A stretch of DNA of 63,028 bases, filler included, from Octopus bimaculoides (lineage: Eukaryota), in assembly GCF_001194135.2 (NCBI RefSeq). It is 3 parts of 3 records of this genome, joined end to end, with 100 filler letters (N's around TTAATTAATTAA, not from the genome) between each part and the next. Parts side by side here need not be neighbours in the genome. Positions count along the whole stretch, not along the records: positions 1 to 18,046 come from NC_068982.1; 2 more parts are not named here. One strand, given 5' to 3'. The notes beneath the pieces were generated by a model. The model was not told the DNA's origin. It saw only the letters and a list, made by a program, of their open reading frames with translations, and did no database searches. Positions 1 through 12,700 of this stretch are shown here, piece by piece; the stretch's first letter is position 1, and each line of letters opens with the position of its first letter. The translations under genes were made by a program, and so were the position numbers.

Positions 1-38
<38 letters not shown>

Positions 39-60
39 ATGTGCATGTGTGTGTGTATAT
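1..60. repeat. (TA)n/(TG)n microsatellite
   Basis: Directly visible dinucleotide runs. Confidence 0.95.
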
Positions 61-700
61 ATGTATACAACATATAAACCAAGAATGTCTCATTTAATGG
101 GAATTCTAGAGAGAAAATATTAGGCAAGGTGGTATTCATTAAGTCTAACATCCCATTTCCTGTAAGACTACCTTATATTTTTTTAATGAAAAATCATATT
201 CCTCGTTAATATGAATTTGATCTTATTAAGCGATTTCAAATTTTAAATAAAATTCTAAATAAAGGAGATTAAATTAAATCAAAGGCAACTTAATCTGATA
301 CTTTTCATATAATTAGATTCTCAAGTATATCAAGAATATCCTACCCCAACAAGAACTTTGTAATCTATTTTAATATAGAATTAAAATAATTTGTATTCAG
401 TAAGGTTAAAAATTGAAAATCAAAAACTTAAAGCATCAGTAGAAGTAGTAGTATATCTGTTGACTGAATCCATTTTAACAATTCTTTTCATTTACCAGCG
501 CTATATGCCGCTATAATTTCAGCCAATATTCTGGTGCTTGAGTACATGAATTTCACAGTGCGACTGTTAAATAACCTACAATATTTGCTTGTTAATGGGA
601 AGAATTTTATTAGATTCTCAATTACATCATGAATATGCTGCCCTAACAAGAACTTTGTAATATATCATAATATATAATCGCACGGCTCCCCATAGGCAAC
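60..700 (-). mobile_element. Penelope-like element remnant (RT-to-GIY-YIG linker region)
   Basis: Minus-strand translation of ~490-600 gives KYCRLFNSRTVKFMYSSTRILAEIIAAY, resembling the PLE motif K..KIFNRNTVKxSYSCxxNxxxIIxxHN. Homologous to 2200-2330. Confidence 0.6.
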
Positions 701-719
701 CTATTCGACCTGACAAAAA

Positions 720-1535
720 TATTCATCTTTTACCATCTTTTGAATAGACTTATTTCCTTTTCGATCCTATCACCCCTATATATATATTCCCAAATCTACT
801 TCCTCTACACTCTACTTGACAATAACACCACCACCACTACATACAGGATACGTAGTTACTTTCAATCCCAATTCCACCGTCTGTAAATAGGTTTAGCTAT
901 CTTTTAGAATATGATACTACTAACTACCTATCCCAACTCCTCTCTCCCTTTATTAATGTCTTTGGTTTATCACCCATACCCCTACCACCTATATACTATC
1001 GCTGCGCATTCCTTCTTACTCATTAAACCATTTAACCCCATCCCCCTTCCTCCTTCCCTCACTTTACTCATCCTCTCTATCCAGTCAGATCAACTGACCA
1101 TAAAAATATACCACTACCATTCTCCACCTGAATCTTTCCTCTATCCTCTTCCCATTCTGTCTTCAAGACTTGACCTACTTACCCTACGCACATTTCTCAC
1201 TTGACTTGGGCATCATTCAAGTAAACACAAGCAAAATACCTCGGACACAATGTGGCATATATTCACCTCTACTATCTCAGCCTTTGCTGCAGTAACTATT
1301 TCCGGATTATTCCCACAAGGATTACTTTACACGGATACTTACTACTGGAATGAAACTACACTCCAAGTACTGTTCTCTCTTTCTTTCTTTTTTAAGCGCA
1401 TCACACTCACTATCACTTCATACTAAAACTCTCCGCCTATGGATATAATAATCGATTCCTTTACTATTTCTGTCTCCGATGAAGGGAAGTAATGGATTTT
1501 CCCAGAAACAGCTGTAAGACTCTATCCATAAAATA
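720..1535 (+). mobile_element. Penelope-like element remnant, 3' part (different lineage)
   Basis: ORF 911-1204 has LVYHP...QSDQLT..IY (compare PLE LVLTYHP...LQSDPTT..IF). Also LSLHTKTLR near 1415 and a PLE-type tail TCCGATGAAGGG...CCCAGAAACAGCTGTAAGACTC at ~1475-1520. Heavily degraded. Confidence 0.5.
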
Positions 1536-2069
1536 TATTTCCAACTTTACCATTGCTCTCTTTATCCTTTTATATATTTACATATGCACACGCTAATACA
1601 CGACTTATAATCCCCAATCCTGTTCATACAACGACTGGGGCAAAACTAGTGAGTATNNNNNNNNNNNNNNNNNNNNNNNNNNNNNNNNNNNNNNNNNNNN
1701 NNNNNNNNNNNNNNNNNNNNNNNNNNNNNNNNNNNNNNNNNNNNNNNNNNNNNNNNNNNNNNNNNNNNNNNNNNNNNNNNNNNNNNNNNNNNNNNNNNNN
1801 NNNNNNNNNNNNNNNNNNNNNNNNNNNNNNNNNNNNNNNNNNNNNNNNNNNNNNNNNNNNNNNNNNNNNNNNNNNNNNNNNNNNNNNNNNNNNNNNNNNN
1901 NNNNNNNNNNNNNNNNNNNNNNNNNNNNNNNNNNNNNNNNNNNNNNNNNNNNNNNNNNNNNNNNNNNNNNNNGTGTGTGTGTGTGTGTGTGTGTGTGTAT
2001 ATCTGAGTAAAGTTAAAATTTAAAAATTAAAATCTCAAAACAGTAGCGGCACCTGTTCCAGAAATAGAA

Positions 2070-2116
2070 ACAGCAGCGGCAGCAGCAGCAGCAGTAGCAG
2101 CAGCAGCAGCAGCGGC

Positions 2117-2168
<52 letters not shown>
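2070..2168. repeat. Compound (CAG)n-(TAG)n microsatellite
   Basis: Directly visible. Confidence 0.95.
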
Positions 2169-2169
2169 T

Positions 2170-3000
2170 ATATGTTAGCTAAAACCATTTCAACAAACTC
2201 TTTCATTTACTAGCATTATATGCTGCTATAGTTTCAATCAAAATCCTGGTGGTTGAGTACATAAATTTTACAGTATGTCTGTCAAGTAAGCTACCGTATT
2301 TGCTTGATTGAGTGAAATGCTTTTCTAGAAACATGAATGTTTCTGGCTATTTGGGGCCGGTGAGGAGTATTATAACCTGTAACCTGTCGTATGGGATCTC
2401 TCTGTTTTCTAGGATTAATACCATAGTTAATATTTCCCTGCACGTTCTCATGTATATAGCTGTAGGTAATGTTTTGAGGAGAGGCATATTGAACCTCAGA
2501 ATCTAATTTACTAGTATTATTTTTGTAACTATTTCTACGTTCTGTGTACCTTCCGTAATTGTTATTCTTAATTCTATTATCGCCATTATCATTATCACTA
2601 TTAACTATTACCAATAACCTTGTTATTTCTGTTAGGATCAACAGCTACTATAATGTTCTTACTTATAGTTAAGTTTGCTCCTTCCGTTAAATAGCTGCAT
2701 GCATACTTCATTTCATTATAATCACTAGGAAATTTTTTCCATCCCTGTTTACCCTTCTCCCTACATTGCCTTTCTTATTATCCATAATTTGTTTCTTGCA
2801 ATTCATCCTGTTAATGCATACCTGACTATTTTTATTGATATACTTACCATAATTCTTATCATTCATATTCTCCATTATTTCTATATCCTTATGCATTTTG
2901 TAAACCCCTCGTTAGGAATATACTGAATTTTTGCCTAATAACCAGCTTCAACCAAGGCCCAAATTGTTTTATTTATCTCTTTGTCTATCGAATTTCTCAT
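2170..3000 (-). mobile_element. Penelope-like element remnant
   Basis: Minus translation FLEKHFTQSSKYGSLLDRHTVKFMYSTTRILIETIAAYN (~2210-2335) and ALVEAGY*AKIQYIP (~2920-2960) resemble PLE polyprotein motifs. Same family as 60-700. Confidence 0.6.
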
Positions 3001-3906
3001 GAGCTGAAGGTTTCAAAATTCTAAGGCAGAGATACTCCTAATTATTGAACTGATAATCCTTTGAGGATGACGGACGTTCCGACGTACATAGAGGAGTTTA
3101 CATTGGGTTTGTGGTACGGATGATGAAGTCCGGTGCTAAGGTCGAAAGAAACGTTAACAAAGAAACATCAACAAAGAAACATCTCCTAAATGTACTACCT
3201 AACCCCATAAAATGTTGAACAATATATGCAGCGGTGATACAATTTTTGTAAAGGATTCTGTCAACTTCGTCTCTTCAGCATTTTGATCGTGCATTTTAAA
3301 GGTGCATAAATGATGCATTGTTTCATTTTGAGATCTACTATTCTATTTGAAAAGTTTGTAGGGGATAAGCCATGACAGATTCGGCATTATTTTGTTTACA
3401 CACAAGCACACAGACAAACATATAGATGCATATTATATATATTCATAATAAAATGTAAAATTGTGTATTGATATAAGAGAATTTCACATCAGATATGTTT
3501 TGATATGCATAGTCACTTTGTGATATATTATTTTTTTCTCTTTTTCGTCATATATTTCAATTTTAAGGGAATATGTAAAGCAGCCGCAGTAGGCAGAACC
3601 GATACTTGAGATTCGAACGTGATAAGCTCGAGCGTTGATTGTTTATAAAGTTTGAATGTATGCACATGTATTACATACCTGCAGTCATGTATACATATAT
3701 ACACATTAATATATGCACAGTATATACTGTCTGTGTAAGTATATACATACCTACATACATACAAACGCACAAACGCGCACATAAATATTATATAAATCTT
3801 TAAATGCACATTTATACATATATATGTGTGTGTGGGTGTGCGTAGATGTGTGTGTGTGTGTGTGTGTAAGAGAAACGACTTTATGTGTAATATGCAAATG
3901 CATTTG

Positions 3907-3952
<46 letters not shown>

Positions 3953-4367
3953 CTTATAATAGATGTCCTATTATAGGCATCTCTGTATTTTAAATGAATA
4001 ATATATAGTCTATTGACTGATTTTTATTCTCGCTAGACCNNNNNNNNNNNNNNNNNNNNNNNNNNNNNNNNNNNNNNNNNNNNNNNNNNNNNNNNNNNNN
4101 NNNNNNNNNNNNNNNNNNNNNNNNNNNNNNNNNNNNNNNNNNNNNNNNNNNNNNNNNNNNNNNNNNNNNNNNNNNNNNNNNNNNNNNNNNNNNNNNNNNN
4201 NNNNNNNNNNNNNNNNNNNNNNNNNNNNNNNNNNNNNNNNNNNNNNNNNNNNNNNNNNNNNNNNNNNNNNNNNNNNNNNNNNNNNNNNNNNNNNNNNNNN
4301 NNNNNNNNNNNNNNATACAAACATGCGTCGTACATATATACATACACATACATTTGTATATACAAAT

Positions 4368-4459
4368 GTGGAGGCGCAATGGCCCAGTGGTTAGGGCCGC
4401 GCACTCGCGGTCATGGGATCGCGGTTTCGATTCTCAGACCGCGTGTTGTGAGAAAACAC
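4368..4459 (+). mobile_element. SINE family A, tRNA-derived head only
   Basis: GTGGAGGCGCAATGGCCCAGTGGTTAGGG (A-box-like) and GGTTTCGATTCTCAGACC (B-box-like). Matches the heads of the full copies at 18158-18538 and 29310-29694. Confidence 0.8.
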
Positions 4460-4497
4460 TCTCTCACACACACACACATATATACACACACACACAC

Positions 4498-4563
<66 letters not shown>

Positions 4564-7500
4564 GCTGACTAGCTAGTCGCGACAACACGCCTGTTCTCGT
4601 ACCGCTTTTGTCCATACCGTTGGAGGCGTGATGAATTGTTGATACCTCTAGCAGTCAAGCGTCCAACATTGATGAGACGAAGGAATGTCGAAATCACGTA
4701 ATCTGATGGTCTCATCGCTGAAGATATAAGACAAGTGCCTTTTGCACTGAAAGACAATATGAGAATGATATTTACGGCAGAATTGTTTGCTCTAAAAGAA
4801 CATTCATTTTTAAGTAGAGGTAGATATTAATTCCTATTCAATCTACCACTTGAGAGACTAAATTTAACGAGCTCTCATGGCATGTTTAGGGCTGCGATTA
4901 GACACTTTTATTCAACCGTATAAGCCTTAACTTTCAGCGCAAAATCTATTGCAGCATGATCTGAAGGCACGGACGTAGCGGGAAACTTATACAAATTTCT
5001 AAGCTTAATCGCATGGATATCTTCTAACAATGAAATTGCATGTTAAATGCATAATAATTTGATCGATATTTTGTCGTTAGAAACACCAGAATTTTCGACC
5101 TCCAGTCAGAAGCAAAATATCAGTGGCATAGCGCCTTGTCTTTCTATCCCAACTAACTTTTGAAAATCATAAGTATCTGTGCAACCGGTTAAGCCTCTTA
5201 ACATACACGATTCAAAAGTCTCCCTGTACATTTTCAACTTTAATGACGTCACAAAAACAAATTCCTTTTTTCTATATACTGCTGGCGGCGGGATGAGTCG
5301 ATGCTATATCTAGCAGTCGGGCGTCCATCAGTCACGAGATGAAGGTAGGTCGTAATATCACGTGCTCGGTCTCAGTAGTGGTGGTGGCGGGGATATATCT
5401 CTCTATTAGCTATATAAACAGGAGTGCATTTTGCAGCAAATACCAATATGTGAGTTGTCTCATGCTTTCTACTGCACACACACACACACACACACGTAAG
5501 CACACANNNNNNNNNNATATACACCTAAATACACACACACATATATAATCAATGAGAGAAAAGTGTGACTAAGTGCAAGAACGAGAGAGATAAAAGGAAA
5601 GCGAAAACAATATTGAGGAATATGTGTGCGTGGGGTGTATTTGTGTGCATTTCTACGTGCCGGTATATCTCCGTATGTATATGTACAAAGAGAAATGAAA
5701 AGAGAGCGGGATAAATGGATAAATCTATTTATGTGTATATGATTCTCCACTTGGGAATTAGTTGTTGTGTCCAGTTGGGGGTTAGGTAAACTTTGGCGAC
5801 TGAAGAAATCAAATATAGCCATTACCTCGGTTGAGTAATGAAGCAAAATAAATTCTGCTTCTTATCTGTCTGGACGCTAGGTTAAACTTTATCTCATTTC
5901 TCTAAACTATTACAGCAAACTTTGCGAATCTTCCTCACATCTTTTGTTTAGCTCTTATCTTCTTTATTTATAGTTTATTCTAATGTTTCTTCCTCACCTA
6001 TGATAGATCGAATTTATTCGCACGTAATTTATTACCGAGATAATTATACTTGCTTCAGGTAGTCGTATGTCCCAAACTTTATGATATACTAGCATAGGTT
6101 TGCGTCGCGGTGAATAAGATGCTTCCTATCACAAGTTACAATAGAAAAACAAATAACAAACACTTATAGATAACTTTGTTTTCTAGTATTAGACACACTT
6201 ACGTACTTATAAAGTTATGTCGATACATAGCTTGATTGATATTACTTACGTAGTCCAAGAAAGAGATACGTTTCCTCTTTTGAGATGATTGTTGCGTTGG
6301 ATGTCTTCTTTTCAATTTTCTGCTTCACAGTATTTGACAGTAAGATTCGTTCTTATTTATTTATTGTTTTATTGACTTTCTGGCGATATATTTTACTGAC
6401 CTTGTTATCTTATCTTGAGACACTGATAGATTGAAGAGTCAAATTTACGACTTCATCAGGAGACAGCGTTTTATTAACATTGTTCCTTAATTGATGCATT
6501 CAAGATTTCCATCTTGAATTGTATCTAGCGATTCGTCTTTGGCGGTTGTGAGATAACATTTTAGAATTTATTACACAAATCATTACTTGTATTGCTTTCT
6601 CGTCTAGCTCTTTGAGAGTAAATTAGGGAATAAACATAGAGTCAGATAAAATACCAGAGCCAAAATGGAGAGAAGAATTCTACGTTAGTGTCCAGTACCA
6701 TATTTGTATTTCATTAACTCATGCCTATAATGAAATTAATAAAATTTTATGTCCTGGTCACTAGGCACAATATCAATAGAAGTTGGGAACAGCAATAGAT
6801 TACACTATCAATGAATTTTGCAGTAATTTAAATATATACCTGTTAGGTAATTTGACATTTAAATGCAAACACATATTACAAAACAGGATGATAGCTCTAA
6901 AAGTAGACTTTAAGTATTTGTTGTAGTTTTGTTAGTTTCCTGATGCAATGTCTCAAGCTAGATGCAGTTAGATATCTTCAATTTTAGAGCTCTGAAACTA
7001 CACGTATGCTTCTCAAATGAATACTGACTACATATGTATTGAAATAAAACAGTCATATCATACCAAATGGCAAATTGAATTGAGAATCAATAATTAACGT
7101 TTTGTTTCTTTAATACTCAGTATGTATCCACCTTGCTATTTATCTCGATGTGAACCTCGATACAACACGACCTTTTCTTTCAGTCAATGTTTATTTAGAA
7201 TCGGAATGGTATATGTGCAGTCATTGCTCTAAGATGGAGGATTGGAGTTCGAAGAAGGTTCCAATGGAATCTATAGCCTGTCATGAGGTGAAGCAGATAT
7301 TATTCCAATGATTCTCTTATATATCGTATTCACATAATTTGACGAGACTAGATTATGTGTCATATAAGGCTTATAAAGTGAATTTGTATAAAAACAAATG
7401 ATAAATATTCAAAATACTCTGTATTACATATGAGTATCATGCTGTAAGGAAAGAATATAAATAACAATGTTATCTAGATTTATTCAGTATTACACTCTAA

Positions 7501-8705
7501 CAAGCTACAGTATCCGGGCATAATGATATTACCCTTTGGCTGCCAAAAAATTTGATTCCATCTAAATTTATTGTCCTTCGGAGAAGATAGAAATCTGAAT
7601 TCGTACTTGTAACTTAATCTAAAACTAAATGAACATAGACTGAAAAACAGATCTAGCCTACAAAATTATAAAAAGAAAACTATAACAACTATATTGAAAC
7701 TAGTGACTCGGATACATTGGCTCAATTTGTAATCGAGGCATTTATTCAAAGTGGAAGTTAGGCTAGTTTGTGCATAACTGGAGTTTGAATTTAACTACAC
7801 TGCAAAATAATATTGCCGCACCTAGTATGAGCTAATTTCGAAAGTAATGAGACCTAACCTATTGTAATCCAGTAATCTTTTGTTCTGTAAGACGTACGAG
7901 TAGATATCTATCTATTGAGTACCCTAAATTATTTGAAAATAGATCAGACGTTAAGTGTTCGAAAGATCCGAAAAAGCCTTTTCTCATAAAAATACAATTA
8001 TTTCACATATTTATGAGGAGAATAGATACTATAGACATGTATATACGTAGCACCTTAGGAAACCCTCTTTAAAACAAAACACAGTATACCTGCCAGTGAG
8101 ATATGTTGCGGCCGGATTCAGACTCTTACTTTCAGTATGAAAAGCATATTTTGCAAAAAAAAAGACCAAAATACCACTCCCCACCCCCCGAAAAAAAAAC
8201 AACAGCAACCAAAGAAACAAACAAAAAATGTTTATCGATAAACTCTTTATGCATAGAGCCTGAACGTGGTCAACTGAACTGCTAGAAATCCATAAACGTT
8301 GCAAATTCATAACCCACAATATTCAAGTTATAAAAGCGCATCGAATGATGTGCTTGTAAATAATACCTGTAAAACTACAAGATGGTCGTAATAGGAAACC
8401 ACTTTTTTTTCATAAGTATGTTAATTTAGGGTTGAAATGTGGTTAACCAATAGCAGCATATGTTGCTTGGTAATTGAAAAGACACATTTGCCGGGTGATG
8501 CTGAATATCCTACGTTACGTTTTCTCAGATTCTATTTCAAATTGGTGATATTGTGAAACTAAGGACTAATTTTTTTTTTAATGTATACTGAAACAAAGAA
8601 AACCAAAAGTAATTATATGAACAATTATATAAAATACAATAATAACGAACAAACGTTAGAGATTCTACTGCACATGTAACTGCTATAAATGGTGAATCTC
8701 TTCCT

Positions 8706-8754
8706 GAAATGATACAACTAGAAATGATACAACTAGAAATGATACAACTAGAAA
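8706..8754. repeat. Exact 15-bp tandem triplication (GAAATGATACAACTA)x3
   Basis: Directly visible. Confidence 0.95.
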
Positions 8755-8800
8755 CGAGTGGCACAGAACCAACGGTACCTAGGAGCAGAGGCCATGACAG

Positions 8801-8803
<3 letters not shown>

Positions 8804-8889
<86 letters not shown>

Positions 8890-8936
8890 TAGAGGGAGAG
8901 AGAGAGGGATAGAGAGAGAGAGAGAGAGAGAGAGAA
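8804..8936. repeat. (GA)n microsatellite
   Basis: Directly visible. Confidence 0.95.
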
Positions 8937-8954
8937 CAGAGCACTTCTATATAC

Positions 8955-9730
8955 TAGAGCTTGTGGTGTATTTATGAGTGATGTTAAGCTCATCAGTACA
9001 CTGCTGTCTTGACACAATGGAGGCTATCAGCGTGTGTAAGAGAAGCACTGTATATTTCGAGAATTTAGTGTTCCAGTGTGATTCACATATCTGCTTTATA
9101 TGGGGTTGATATTTATTAAGTGGTGAAGCTTTTTCTATTTCTAGAAAGAAAAATCTGTCTCTGAGATTCTACATTAGTTACTTTATGGATATGAATCCAT
9201 AAGTGAAACCTCAGGGATAGCGAGGTCAAAATTTTGAGGCTATCGTGTGTATTTAGTTGCGTGCTGCTGATATTTAAGGGTAGATTGCGAGATGTGTTTT
9301 TTCTGCTGTTGAATGAGACAAGATCACATTGATACAACTGGGGTATCTCATCGAAGTCCTTTGTCGCGTGGTGTCTAAGTTGCATATGTATGACAAAGGC
9401 ATGTGGATGGTTAGGGAGTAACACAATGGCGATGCCAGCAAGCAATGGGAAGTTACGATTAGAACGTTGTTGACGTTTTAATTGAAGAGTGTGAGAGATG
9501 GAATCGAAATGTGGTGTAACAAGATTTTATAGTGCAAGTGAAAGAAAACGCCAGCAGTACAGCCCACATTAGTGCAGTCTGATGGGAAGCCTGTCGATTT
9601 ATGAGAAGGTTACTGCTGGAAAGGTTTTGATCAGAACGATGCTAGATAATAAAAGTAATATTTAAATAATTCTTTTGATGGGCCTATAGGACCCCATGAA
9701 CGCAAAACGCTTCGTATGATATTAAAGGTT
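8955..9730 (+). mobile_element. Possible very old piggyBac (PGBD-like) transposase remnant
   Basis: Broken plus-strand peptides DVKLISTL, YLLYMG and KW*SFFYF* occur in the order of piggyBac DVxxLSTxH, YNxYMGGVD and KWWKKLFFH. A piggyBac-like subterminal GGGCCTATAGGGACCCCATG lies at ~9680. No TTAA/TIR pair found. Confidence 0.3.
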
Positions 9731-12700
9731 CCAGTATTGAAATGGTGGTTCAAAAATGACAGCTTTATTAGTCTATCATGAAATGCATAAAACTAATTGT
9801 CTTTCACAATGTTGAAATGTTATTAACTACCGGAAATAATCTTATTCTAGATTGGATCTAGCAATTAAAATTCTAATAATTAAGTTAGTTTTGTTCATTA
9901 ATACAGCGCATCTCATCCAATATTCCTTACAGATAGTAATTTTATAATAAAAGCTGAATTAAACATTTCTATAATCAATTGGATTGTTCTCTCTTCTATA
10001 CGCCTATAGTACACACCAACATTAAATCAAAAAGTAAATGATTAACAAATATTGGAACATGATAACTGGATATTGCAATCAAGAAAATATATGTTGAAAG
10101 TTTAAATTCATAAAAGAAAACTAAAATCTGCATAACTTAAGGTATAATTGATTTAAGTATTTAAAACGCATACATTTTACAAAACAACCTTAATTTTTAT
10201 ATGCGCACACTGAAATATATATTTGTGCCATTTCACACTCTCCATATTTATGTGAATGAAATATATTTTCCTACGCAAATATATCCGATTAAAGCAATTC
10301 CGATTAGGGCAATTTATATGTGAAACCTATTTGTTGTGTGCATATTAAATGTCCACCTAATGATCAAGAAGCAGTACTCTTGTGGCACATTTTTGTGCGT
10401 ACTAATACAATTTTGAGGTATTCTATTAAATATAAATTGTATCAAAACGTTCTATTTACAAGAATAAAATGTATGTTTCATTTTATTGAACGGTGCATAT
10501 GACTGCGATGTGTGTTTCATAGAATAATTGTATGTTTAGGAAAGAGAAATTCTAGTTCGATTTAGTCTAAACATAAAAGTAATTAATGCTAACAAATAAT
10601 GTTAAATCATTTAATCCAGGTACAATCAAACTTATTTCGCATATCGGACTGCACAGTTGTTTCAAGTTTTCATAATTGACCCATGTAAATTAACCCATGT
10701 AAATTAAAAAGTATACACACACCTTATATAATTATATAGGTGCAAAGATAAAAAGTAAGATAAAAATGTTATACCTAAATTTTTTCTCTACATATTTAAG
10801 AAAATTGCTAGAGAAGCTGATATTCTAACGGATTACGTTGCTTACAATATTTCCGTTTTATTGCACAGAACTCCTTAGAGTAGAACTTAACCGTATACGT
10901 TTCAGGTATCTATGAGGGTCCCATTTTGTAGAATATGTAGAAACGCATTCATTGACTTATAGTGCTGTGCTCATTTGCTTACAGAGGTATCTATGCAGAA
11001 CATTGATGAAGTAATACTCGTAAGAGGAATATTTGATGTATGTAAAGAATATGAATTTCATAAAATGCCAACACCTTGAAAATGTTTACAAAGATGGAAA
11101 ACGCTCCTTGGCATAGTGTTGAAATACTGAGAAATTTCCATTTGTCGATAGTGGAAAAGGCTTAGTGAGAATGATAATTGCTCGATTAACAGGTCTTCTG
11201 TATTACAAAACGTAAAGCAAATTTATGGCTTCTTTGGGTCAAACTGACACGATATTCACAGGAATATATATTGAATAACGCCTTTATCACTAAGTTTCCC
11301 ATAACGTGGTAATCAGGAGTGAAGTATTATGGAAGATATTGAAATTCGGGTACGCATATATATGTCAATGGGAAAAGTCAATTTTCTTCTATACAAAGGA
11401 ATAATGAATAATTTTTTAAACCATGATGTTAACCAAAGAATATTCTCGGTGATACCTGCTGTAATTTTTTTTTTTTATAAATTCCTGCTAGTATTTGATG
11501 GCAGGAAGTTATTAAAAAAACCACGACAAAACTTTGTATGTCTGTATTTGCGTGTATTTGTATGAATTCATTTTTATCATGATATATATGAGTTTGTGCA
11601 TTAGTGTGTTCCTTTATAGCCATCTGTGTGTTTTGGTATTCAATATATGCATCCGACTTGATGTTCTTTGTATTTGTGTATATGCGTTCCTGTCGTATGC
11701 ATGTGGTATATCCGATATATTTCTTTATTCATTACTGCTTTTATCATTTCGTCCAGCAAGGCATTGGCTTTTCAACAGCTTTCCTTTAATGTGCATTTCG
11801 TATTAATCTATTCCTTTGTGCGCAGATAATCCCAGTTTTTTTAATCACATTCCTGTGAAATCTGATCACTTCTTCCTCATTTAGCACCCACTCTTGTATT
11901 TATCTCACTCCCGGATCCTTACAAATGTGTTGACCCCTCGCAGTTTTAGAATACAACGTGAAAGGTCTTGAATGTGTGTTAAGAGACACAACACCTTTGA
12001 TCCTAAATAATGCGGTCAAATAAATTCAATTGATGAGTGTAGGTCATAAACAAAAGTAGTTATGAACTGTGACACTATCTGGTGGAGATTATTCATATTT
12101 CAAAATGTGTATTCCTATTTCCGGCAGATAGAGACACTGACCATTTTCCAGTACTCGCACAATAGCTGCTTCAGCTAGTTAGCATATCAATCTAAAATGG
12201 ATGTACTGCTTTGAATGAATTTTAAATAATTATTCAGCTGTTCTTGAAGATGTTTTGGATAAAATATAAACAATCGGTTGTTGAATATTGAAACGTAACC
12301 TCAGGTCTAAACTATATAGTTTGAAAGTCTATTAAGTAACATTAGTAACGTTATCTGTAACTGCTTTTATTTTGAGGAAATTATTTCGAAATATAAAGGA
12401 AGAATTATTGAGTAAGAAGATTAAAAACATCATGTGTTCTGAGTAATACTCGGCGCTACAACTAATTCTTTATCAGAAAGATTTGGACATTTACAATGTT
12501 TCCTTCATTACACTTGTGAATTCGTAAATTACATAAGAGATTTTCTCAATAAAATAAACTGAAATTAACATTTCGAGGTTTAAAGTATCAGCCAGTTACA
12601 GCGAAAATATTGAAATTACAGGATGTAATTTCTTGACTGATAATGCAAAATAATTATTTCTCCGAGATGTAAAGTCACTGCTACAGTAATAGGTCAAAGG

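Noticed and set aside
4368-4452. tRNA gene call for tRNA-like sequences (and all other SINE heads)
   Set aside because: A- and B-box-like motifs run directly into SINE bodies, and I could not build a full cloverleaf.
5408-5420. TATATAAA TATA-box-like motif
   Set aside because: It is common by chance in AT-rich DNA and no downstream gene is supported.
7195-7315. Peptide SEWYMCSHCSKMEDWSSKKVP as a zinc-finger exon
   Set aside because: There is no second pair of ligands and no good donor. It better resembles an eroded RTE-type GHVxRMEDxRxPKKV motif, and it is too weak to annotate.
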